A stretch of DNA of 64,000 nucleotides. Origin: Candidatus Aenigmatarchaeota archaeon (GTDB lineage Archaea > Aenigmatarchaeota > Aenigmatarchaeia > Aenigmatarchaeales > Aenigmatarchaeaceae). Where the stretch lies: assembly GCA_016933455.1 (NCBI GenBank), contig JAFGAZ010000004.1, forward strand, positions 9,116 to 73,115, in the 5' to 3' direction. Position 1 is the stretch's first letter; every line of letters begins with the position of its first letter. Of this stretch, positions 56,955-64,000 are shown piece after piece. A program made the position numbers and the translations under genes. The notes below the pieces were generated by a model. That model did not search any database. It was not told the DNA's origin and was given only the letters and a program-made list of their open reading frames with translations.

Positions 56955-59165
56955 TCATACCTTTAATTCTTTAAGGTTATCTAGTATTTTTTTCTTTTGG
57001 TCCTCGTTTCCTTTCGTCTTTTTTGTTTTCTTTGGTTTCTTTTTTTCCTTTTTGGTTTTTTTATCTTCCTTTTTTGGCTTCTCTTCAGACTCTTTCTTCT
57101 GGGGTTTTTCTTCCTTTTCCAAAGGCTCTTCCTTTTTTGGCTCTGATACTCTTTCTTTTGCTGCTTGTGGGTGGAGCAAGACATCTATGTTTTTCCACTG
57201 CTCCTCTATCTTGGACCTTATTTCGTCAAGTTTTCTCTCGTTTAGGCGTTTCATTTCCTCGTACTCTGCCTTGTTCATCTTGTGCTCGATCATCTGCATT
57301 TCGAGCGAATCCATGAACATCTTTATGTCTTCCTTTTCCTTTCTTAGTTTTATTAGTTCTTCCGGCAGTTTCAAATCCGCTACTGGCAAAATTTTCTTTA
57401 TTTCTTCTATCTGCTTTTTGATTAGAATGTTTTCCTCTTTGAAATCGTCCAAGTCCTCTTTTGAAACATACTCTTTGAGCTTGACATTGAGGGTGTCTAT
57501 TGATGTAAGAACATTTCTCATGCTCTCGTCGAAATCCTCCTGCTTGGCCTTGATCATGACCAAGTCCTCAAGACCCTTGCTTAGGTCTATGAATATCTTT
57601 TCCGTCTTGGTTCCTATCCTTTGTATGTACTTTATGGCCTCGTTTATGTCCTTGATTTTCTTCTGAATATCCCCGTTTAGGCCTATTAAGTTTTCAATGC
57701 CCCCTATGCTTTTTAGCATGTCGTATATCTCATTGACCTTGTCAACGCTGCCTTCTGACTTTCTTTTCACCTTTTCTAGATCCAGCTTGTCCTTTTCTCT
57801 TTCTTCTTTTAGAAGGTTGAACTTCTTTGTCAGCTCTTTTGGCTTTATGTCAGACACTTCGTCCTCTAGCCTTTCCATGTTGGCAGAAGTTGTCTTGAAA
57901 TTGGCATCGGCCTGCATAACCATGGACCTTATCTCGCCTATGTTTTCAGAAATGTTTTGTATTGCCTCGTCAGTTGCTTTTTTAGACTCCTTGAAAGTGT
58001 CAATCATGACTTTTAGCTTCTCTATTTCTATTGATAGTTTGTTGTCGTTCGGTATTGCGCTCTCTTCTTCGCTGCTATCTTCCGTATCTTCTATAGGAAC
58101 GTCGGCTGCGCTGTCTCCAGCCATCTGGGCAGATAGTTTTTCTATGACTTCTGGTGTTACTTCCTCTATCTTGTCTATGTCAAGCTTCTCTTCAGGCTCT
58201 TCTTTTTTCTCGGGCGTTTCTGCTTTGTTTTCTTTCTTGTCATCTTTCTTTTCCTCGGGTTTTTCTTCCTTTGGCTTTTCTTCAGGTTCAGAATTTACTT
58301 TTTCTGCTGGAGCCTTAACCTCATTTGGTTGCTCCTCAATTTTTATATCTTCTTTTGGAGCATCCAAAACAGCAGCTTTTTGTTCAACTATCTTATTTTC
58401 TTTTGTTTCTTCCCTTTCATTCAAATTTTCCTGTTTAACAGCTTCTTTTGCCGCGCTATTAGTATCAGAATTATTCTTATCCTTTTTGCCAAACATTTTC
58501 TTGAAGAACCCTTTCTTTTCAACTTTTGGCTTTTCATCTTCCTTTATTTCATCTGTCATATCAATTACCTCGTCTTCTTTTTTTGTTTCATCTTGAACAT
58601 AAACCAATTCTTCCTCTTTAGGAACATCTTCTATTACTATCGTGGGGGTGTCGCCGTCAAGAGTTATTTTGACATCTTCTGTTTCGTTTCCTGTTTCTTT
58701 AGCAGTTTCTATGCCATCTTCAATAGTTTCATTTCTTTCTTCTCGGACTTTATTTTCCTTCTTTCCAAAGAGTCTGCTAAAGAACCCTTTCTTTTTCTTC
58801 TTTACCTTTATTTCAACTTCCTTTTCATCCTCTTCTAGAACCTTGTCAAGTTCCTTTAGCCTCTCCTCGTTGACATTTTTTATATTTTCATAATCTTCCT
58901 TATTAATCTCCCCGTTTCTGAACTGATCTTCCAATGAGTCTATGAACATCTGCACGTCCTTTCTTTCGCTTTCCCTCTTTCTTTTTTCAATACTGTCTTC
59001 TCTTTTATCCGTTATGTTCAACAATTCGTGACACCTTTTTCTTTTTTCCGCATAATCCTTTTCCGATATGTCTGCCATCCTGTATAGGTCCTCGAGCCCA
59101 ATTAGCATGTCCCTGGCTTCCTTTACGTTTGCCGGGGGCCTGTTGAAGTTGACTAGACCTATCAT
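56955..59165 (-). CDS. Cytoplasmic lysine/glutamate-rich coiled-coil protein, 736 aa, with SHOCT-like motifs at both ends and an acidic low-complexity core.
   Basis: N-terminal LEDLYRMADISEKDYAEKRKRCHELL and MFIDSLEDQFRNGEINKEDYENIKNVNEERLKEL. C-terminal MFMDSLEMQMIEHKMNKAEYEEMKRLNERKLDEI. No TM helix. Poly-lysine C-terminal tail. Confidence 0.7.
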   Translation of the reverse strand: MIGLVNFNRPPANVKEARDMLIGLEDLYRMADISEKDYAEKRKRCHELLNITDKREDSIEKRKRESERKDVQMFIDSLEDQFRNGEINKEDYENIKNVNEERLKELDKVLEEDEKEVEIKVKKKKKGFFSRLFGKKENKVREERNETIEDGIETAKETGNETEDVKITLDGDTPTIVIEDVPKEEELVYVQDETKKEDEVIDMTDEIKEDEKPKVEKKGFFKKMFGKKDKNNSDTNSAAKEAVKQENLNEREETKENKIVEQKAAVLDAPKEDIKIEEQPNEVKAPAEKVNSEPEEKPKEEKPEEKKDDKKENKAETPEKKEEPEEKLDIDKIEEVTPEVIEKLSAQMAGDSAADVPIEDTEDSSEEESAIPNDNKLSIEIEKLKVMIDTFKESKKATDEAIQNISENIGEIRSMVMQADANFKTTSANMERLEDEVSDIKPKELTKKFNLLKEEREKDKLDLEKVKRKSEGSVDKVNEIYDMLKSIGGIENLIGLNGDIQKKIKDINEAIKYIQRIGTKTEKIFIDLSKGLEDLVMIKAKQEDFDESMRNVLTSIDTLNVKLKEYVSKEDLDDFKEENILIKKQIEEIKKILPVADLKLPEELIKLRKEKEDIKMFMDSLEMQMIEHKMNKAEYEEMKRLNERKLDEIRSKIEEQWKNIDVLLHPQAAKERVSEPKKEEPLEKEEKPQKKESEEKPKKEDKKTKKEKKKPKKTKKTKGNEDQKKKILDNLKELKV

Positions 59166-62100
59166 TTACTCATCCTCTCCAACCTTTTTTCTAGCGAGTC
59201 TAGATAGGTCTCTGCCATCTTGAAAGCTGCTGTCTTAACCTTGTCTCTGGCTATGTTCAGCTCTATTTCTATATCATAAGTATCGACTTTTTGTGCCTTT
59301 AATTTTTCTATTTTCTCTTCCAGAGCCTTGACTTTCTTGTCAAGCGTCATGTAGGTGTCTATTTCCTTGTCTGTCAAAGCGAAAGGCGAGTGCAAAAGCG
59401 GCCTGAAGTTCACGAACCACGGCCTTCCGTGGTTGAACTCTGGGTTCTGGAACAGACCAGTACCAATTGTCAGCCTTGTCACCTTTGACGCGTAGTCTGA
59501 GCCGTACTTGGACTTGACCCTTCCTATGTCTCCCTCGTACTTTGTTCTTAGCTGTATTTCGTTTGCGATGTTTGCTCTGATGGCTCCCTTAAAGTCCAAA
59601 AGCACCTGCGATATCATGAAGATACCAATGCCCCACTTTCTGAACTCTCTGGCAGCCCTTTCTATTGCAGTGTAACCCTTCTTACCGCCGTACTTTGGCA
59701 ATAGCCTGTGGACTTCGTCGTACACCAAGAGCAGCTTTATCTCCTTGGATTCGGTCGGTCTCATGTCGAATATTTCTTGTATGCTTCTTCTAACGAACTT
59801 GTCGTTCTCTGAAGCGCTAAGCCTGTTCATGACAAAGACAGTTATCTCTCCGGGCTTCATGTACTTCTTTATGTTTATCTCCATGTCCCCGTCTTCTACA
59901 AGTATCACATTGGTCTTGAACCTTGTTGCATCGCTGGGCTTGAGACCGAATTTCGGATACATGGCAAGCATTGGCTTGAGTGTGTTTGGCTTCATAAATC
60001 CTGTCCATTGTGCTGTGGGGTCGAATACGATTATCGGCACCTTTCTTTTTAGCAACTCTTCTGCTGTTACCATGGCTGATACGGTCTTACCCGATCCAGT
60101 ACCACCGGCGGCTATTGAGTGCATGAGCAGTTGCGGTATTGGTATGTACGACTTGATGTCGGTTTCGGCTATCCTACCAACCAGTAGCGAGTCTGCACCC
60201 TCTTTTGGTAGAGCCTTAAAGTCCAGAGGCGCTATGTACCTTGCTTTGGCAGTCTTTGATGCCTTGAATGCGGCGTACCATCTAAGGCCTACGAGCAGGC
60301 TTGGCACTCCGCCCAGAAGCACAACGTAAGTTATCCAGTTTAGGAATATCGATTTGAGAAGTATGAGTATCCACGGCAGTTTTGTTACCTCAAAGTCGTC
60401 TGATGAGGATGCGTACTTGTTGCCGTCCCAGTAGCTAACATTCGTGTCAATCAAATACATGCCTTCTGGTGTGTTTTCAGGTATTTGGACTGTTCTTTTG
60501 AAGGTTAGCACATTCTCGACTGCCAAAGTCTCTGTGTTTGTGGTTATTATTTCGTCTGGACCGTTTAGAGGTCTGACAGTGTACGTTACCGTTATGTCGT
60601 TTATCTCTGCTGTTTCTCCCATGTTGAGCAGGGTCGTTTCAAACGTCAGGTTGGTTCCGGGATTAATAGATTCTGAAAGAACCTTTACCTGAACGTCCAT
60701 AAGAGGCTCTAAAACTTCCCTTACAGTTATGGTTACAGGCGTTGTGTGCTCAACATCGCCTGCTGTCACAACTATGTTTCCTGTGTAGATGCCAGGAACT
60801 GCTGTGAGAGGCGCTTGTGCCCTTATTGATACGGATTCTGTTGTTTTGCCGTTGAGTCTAAATGACGGCCTTTGTATGGTCAACAAATTGAACACGGGGC
60901 CTTCCACTACTATTGAAACAGTGACATCCTCGTCAAGGTTGTTTATTATGTCTGTAGAGAAAGTTTTTTGCTCTCCTGGCGTTAGCGTTGTCTCTATTAT
61001 TGTTGACCTAACTTCCAGAGGCACGATGTTTACATCAACTCCTGTTTGGGTTGTTGTGGATGTGCCTGAACCAGATCCTCCACCGCCTCCTCCCGCTCCT
61101 CCGCCAGTGATAGGGTTGGTTGGCGTTGGCGGCACATACAGGCAGTCTGTTGGGCAGTTGCTTGTTGTTTCTCCATAGTTGGACTCGCATTCGCCATCTC
61201 CGCATATGAATTCTGCTAGCACATACACGCCTGTTATGTCTGATACGTTTATTCTTGCTTCAAGGCTTGTCAGGTTGACACTGTCATCACCATTGTCCAT
61301 GTCCGTGTTGCTAAGTCTGCTAAACAGCGAGTTGTCAGTTGAACTTACCTTGTTGGTCCAGTTGCCCGTGTACTTGTATATACCCAAGTGGTTTGGATCT
61401 ATTATGGGGAAGCCGCAAGCGCTATTTAGGCACTCTGAAAAGTCTATTATTATCGTTGCGTTCTCAAAAGGCAGCGTGTTGTTTACGTAAAAGCCCTTGA
61501 GCACTGTGCTAGAAGTTCTGACAGTTGGTATCTTACCGAACGAAACAGAGTTGTTGTAGTTTATGGATATGTTTGAGTTGTACAATTTGATGCTGTTATC
61601 GAAAGCGTCACCGCTAGTGCTTATTACAATGTCATAAACTTTCGAGTCTATTGTCTCGTTGTAATATCCTGTTGTCAAGTTAGAGCTAAAGTTGGACCTA
61701 ATATCATTTGTGTCGTAGTCATAGAAAGTAAAGTTGACATTTATTACTGGATCGAGTATGTTCTCTATGTCTTTGGTGTAACCACTGAACAAAACTATTG
61801 GATATATCTCGAAATTATCTGATGATGCGTTGCAGTTGTTTGACAAATCACATGATGTTATGTTGAATGTGTAGTTGCCAAGCTGCGAAGTGTTGCTAAA
61901 GTTAAAGCCGTAGGAATAGACGTCTGGTGTTTGAGATTTCAAAATCAGTGTTATATTCTGTGTAGTGTTGTCAGGCAGCTTCATGCTCGCCGTTATATTT
62001 TTTAGACCTCCGGACTCTGTAATATTTGCCCCTATACAAACTGAAGAGTTTACAGGAACCCTAATTGGTATTTCAACGTCTATCAAAGGAGCAGCCTCGT

Positions 62101-64000
62101 CCTCATAGACTATGGAATTGTATTCTATATCTGACCTGACGTTGTAATATGTTCCGTTGTGGAAACCAGTGATGTTTAGGTTGTAAACTCTTCCTGTGCT
62201 AAGGTTAGGCGCTATGAAATCTATTTCCCAGGCATTATGAGGAACGCTATAGTCTTGGTTGTTAATTGTAGCGTTTGTTGATATTGTGTCGTTGAATATA
62301 ACAACTTCGAATGTAACGTTTTCTGTTATCATGCTAGAGTTCTGTGTTACATTGACCCATGTCTCTATGTTGTCTCCGACATTTACGTCAATTTCTGGAA
62401 CGCTTTGTGTCGGGGAAACTATGTTAACATTGTATGGTGTTACAAACAGTGTGACTTCTGTTGAAACTTCCTTTACACTTGCGTTCTCCCTCATTGCGCC
62501 TGTTATGTTAGTTGTTATGAAACCTGTGTAGTTGGCATCGTATGTTATGTTCGGCGATGAGTAGTTTATGGTTATGAAGCTGGAATTGCCGTACTGGGAA
62601 GTTATATTGTAGCTGTCAAGCGTTATGTAAGGAGATATGGTTCCGTTTACTGTTACGTTCAAGCTCATGTTGGCGTTTCCGGTGTTTATGATTTCTATCT
62701 GACCAAACTGTCCCTGCGTCCCGTCCTTGACCCTTTGCACTATTTCCGTCGGGTCGTGTATCCAAGATACGTTTGCCGGAACTAGTATGTAAACCGGCAT
62801 CTCCCTGTAGAACGATGGCTGCGTGTAATTATCCGACCAGCTTATGTTCATGGTGCCGTTGTATGTTCCTGTCTGATAGTTCGAAGGAACTGTTAGCGTT
62901 ATGTTGAATGTCGACGAGTTTCCTATCTCAAGCAATGACACGTTCTGTGGTTCGTAATCAATAGTAAAGTTCTCGCATACTTCGCCTGATGTACATTCAA
63001 TGCTTATGTTGGTTGCGTTGACGTTTCCAATTGATGTCAAAGTCAAGTTTGTTGTCTTAGGCGTTCCTGCCCAGGCGACCTCTGATATCTGGCTCTTTGA
63101 AACTCCTATGAACGGATTTGCCGTTACGTTTACAGGAAGGCTGTAGACGCTGGTGTTATTAGAGTTGTTTAGGTTGACCCACTGGCTTGTGAAATTCACA
63201 TAATATGTCCCTGGAACAGTTGAGCTGTCAACACTAATTGTTGTTATGTTGTATTCTGCCTCGTTCTTGAGCAGTGTTCCGAACTGGAAGTATGTGGGGG
63301 TTGCGCTTGTGTTGTTGGAATAGTTCAAAGATACATTCACTTCGTGTGCTCTGGAACCTCCAAAGTTGCTTGCAGAAAAGTTTATAGCAAAGCTCTGTCC
63401 GCTTACCTGCGTTATGTTGGTCGCGTTTATTGTGGTAACATTTGGCACTATTGTTATCTCGGTCGTGTCAGAGCTTGTGACGTTAACAGGGTCTGTGCAC
63501 GTTGTCAGCGTTTGTGTATCGTTTGCGCATATTATTATCTGGTGCAGTCCTGCCACCGGATATTCGTATGTGATATTGAAGCTGTCGTTGTGTGTATTTA
63601 TCATGGGCAGTATGAAGCTAGAGCTGTTTGGTGGAGTTATGTTTACCCATGCATGGCTAACAGCATAGTTGTCTGTTATGTTGGCTTCTATTGTGACGTT
63701 CTCATACCCTTGCTCGAATGCTAGCGGGTCAATAACAACATCATCTATGACCGGAGGTATGTCTGTTACGTTGAGTGTGAAAGTCACATTCTGGCTTGCC
63801 GGGTCTGCTGTTACGTTTCTTATCAGAAGCGTTACATTATACAGTCCGTCTGTCACAAAGTCTGGAACAGTGTATGATATGTTTATGTTTCTGCTAACCT
63901 GCTTCTCAAGGTCGAAGCTGTACCAGTTAACTCCCTCTATTCTAACATAGCCGTTGTCTCCTGATTTTGTCACTTCGAACGGTATCTTTACGTTTCCTAT
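59162..64000 (-). CDS. Fusion protein of at least 1612 aa whose N-terminus runs off the window. More than 1100 aa of extracellular adhesin-like, sequon-rich domains with a Gly/Thr linker are joined through one TM helix to a C-terminal cytoplasmic HerA/VirB4-like (DUF87, FtsK-HerA superfamily) ATPase.
   Basis: Walker A AAGGTGSGKT, followed by IIVFDPTAQW (the HerA 'FDPHGEY' position) and Walker B LLLVYDEVH (HerA 'EEAH'). TM WILILLKSIFLNWITYVVLLGG. The ectodomain shares the CxxGxVCxNFT module with the 1951-aa protein. The frame stays open to the window edge, and the tracked start is a GTG. Confidence 0.8.
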   Translation of the reverse strand: MGNVKIPFEVTKSGDNGYVRIEGVNWYSFDLEKQVSRNINISYTVPDFVTDGLYNVTLLIRNVTADPASQNVTFTLNVTDIPPVIDDVVIDPLAFEQGYENVTIEANITDNYAVSHAWVNITPPNSSSFILPMINTHNDSFNITYEYPVAGLHQIIICANDTQTLTTCTDPVNVTSSDTTEITIVPNVTTINATNITQVSGQSFAINFSASNFGGSRAHEVNVSLNYSNNTSATPTYFQFGTLLKNEAEYNITTISVDSSTVPGTYYVNFTSQWVNLNNSNNTSVYSLPVNVTANPFIGVSKSQISEVAWAGTPKTTNLTLTSIGNVNATNISIECTSGEVCENFTIDYEPQNVSLLEIGNSSTFNITLTVPSNYQTGTYNGTMNISWSDNYTQPSFYREMPVYILVPANVSWIHDPTEIVQRVKDGTQGQFGQIEIINTGNANMSLNVTVNGTISPYITLDSYNITSQYGNSSFITINYSSPNITYDANYTGFITTNITGAMRENASVKEVSTEVTLFVTPYNVNIVSPTQSVPEIDVNVGDNIETWVNVTQNSSMITENVTFEVVIFNDTISTNATINNQDYSVPHNAWEIDFIAPNLSTGRVYNLNITGFHNGTYYNVRSDIEYNSIVYEDEAAPLIDVEIPIRVPVNSSVCIGANITESGGLKNITASMKLPDNTTQNITLILKSQTPDVYSYGFNFSNTSQLGNYTFNITSCDLSNNCNASSDNFEIYPIVLFSGYTKDIENILDPVINVNFTFYDYDTNDIRSNFSSNLTTGYYNETIDSKVYDIVISTSGDAFDNSIKLYNSNISINYNNSVSFGKIPTVRTSSTVLKGFYVNNTLPFENATIIIDFSECLNSACGFPIIDPNHLGIYKYTGNWTNKVSSTDNSLFSRLSNTDMDNGDDSVNLTSLEARINVSDITGVYVLAEFICGDGECESNYGETTSNCPTDCLYVPPTPTNPITGGGAGGGGGGSGSGTSTTTQTGVDVNIVPLEVRSTIIETTLTPGEQKTFSTDIINNLDEDVTVSIVVEGPVFNLLTIQRPSFRLNGKTTESVSIRAQAPLTAVPGIYTGNIVVTAGDVEHTTPVTITVREVLEPLMDVQVKVLSESINPGTNLTFETTLLNMGETAEINDITVTYTVRPLNGPDEIITTNTETLAVENVLTFKRTVQIPENTPEGMYLIDTNVSYWDGNKYASSSDDFEVTKLPWILILLKSIFLNWITYVVLLGGVPSLLVGLRWYAAFKASKTAKARYIAPLDFKALPKEGADSLLVGRIAETDIKSYIPIPQLLMHSIAAGGTGSGKTVSAMVTAEELLKRKVPIIVFDPTAQWTGFMKPNTLKPMLAMYPKFGLKPSDATRFKTNVILVEDGDMEINIKKYMKPGEITVFVMNRLSASENDKFVRRSIQEIFDMRPTESKEIKLLLVYDEVHRLLPKYGGKKGYTAIERAAREFRKWGIGIFMISQVLLDFKGAIRANIANEIQLRTKYEGDIGRVKSKYGSDYASKVTRLTIGTGLFQNPEFNHGRPWFVNFRPLLHSPFALTDKEIDTYMTLDKKVKALEEKIEKLKAQKVDTYDIEIELNIARDKVKTAAFKMAETYLDSLEKRLERMSK

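Noticed and set aside
57023-58893. Long plus-strand ORFs with poly-Ser/Phe/Leu composition (57052..57666, 57697..58596, 58329..58838).
   Set aside because: They are antisense to the lysine/glutamate-rich 736-aa gene. The AAG/GAA-rich coding strand mirrors to CTT/TTC, giving stop-free low-complexity frames. No independent signals support them.
60789-61178. Plus-strand ORF with a poly-Pro stretch (PPPPPPAPPPV).
   Set aside because: It is the antisense reading of the poly-Gly linker (GGGAGGGGGGSGSG) of the ATPase-fusion protein.
1-64000. CRISPR arrays, rRNA genes, transposases or integrases, and a prophage at the tRNA-Gln.
   Set aside because: No regularly spaced direct repeats with unique spacers were found. 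No rRNA-like conserved stretches were found. No recombinase or transposase motifs were found in any frame. No flanking direct repeat of the tRNA 3' end was seen.

Overview
This is an AT-rich, densely coded stretch of an archaeal chromosome. The archaeal assignment rests on the ribosomal L1, L10(P0) and L12(P1) cluster, a eukaryote-type topoisomerase IB, a Dph6/MJ0570-type diphthamide enzyme, archaeal TATA-like promoter motifs and leaderless gene spacing. The alanyl-tRNA synthetase is bacterial-type and truncated, which together with the small, lysine-rich proteins suggests a DPANN-like or similarly streamlined archaeon; that lineage call is a low-confidence inference.

The left 38 kb is mostly housekeeping and accessory genes. 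Recognisable products include two HAD hydrolases, a flavodoxin-like protein, a Dph6-like PP-loop ATPase translationally coupled to a class I glutamine amidotransferase, a CAP/YkwD-domain lipoprotein, stomatin, TopoIB, a Cas4-like nuclease, TspO, an ABC-2 exporter pair, a methylpurine-DNA glycosylase, PspC, an AAA+ ATPase with a winged-helix (wHTH) domain, a DHH phosphoesterase, DJ-1/PfpI, tRNA-Gln(CTG), an ATP-cone/restriction-endonuclease-fold protein, a GltB-like FMN-domain protein, TrxB, AlaRS and the L1-L10-L12 operon.

The right 25 kb (about 38.5-64 kb) is the most notable region. Almost every gene is on the minus strand and most are tightly stacked or translationally coupled, so it looks like one co-oriented module. 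It contains:
- two paralogous MinD/ParA ATPases;
- at least nine secreted or membrane-anchored proteins rich in N-X-S/T sequons, including a 1951-aa giant with a tandemly duplicated ~235-aa module;
- a protein of at least 1612 aa in which more than 1100 aa of extracellular adhesin-like domains are fused through one TM helix to a cytoplasmic HerA/VirB4-like (DUF87) ATPase;
- a 736-aa coiled-coil, lysine/glutamate-rich cytoplasmic protein and two small paralogues that share a SHOCT-like motif also found in the cytoplasmic tail of the giant protein;
- a small HExxH membrane protein and an embedded wHTH regulator.
I interpret this as a candidate, apparently undescribed cell-surface positioning, attachment or transfer system.

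No rRNA genes, CRISPR arrays, transposases or integrases are visible.
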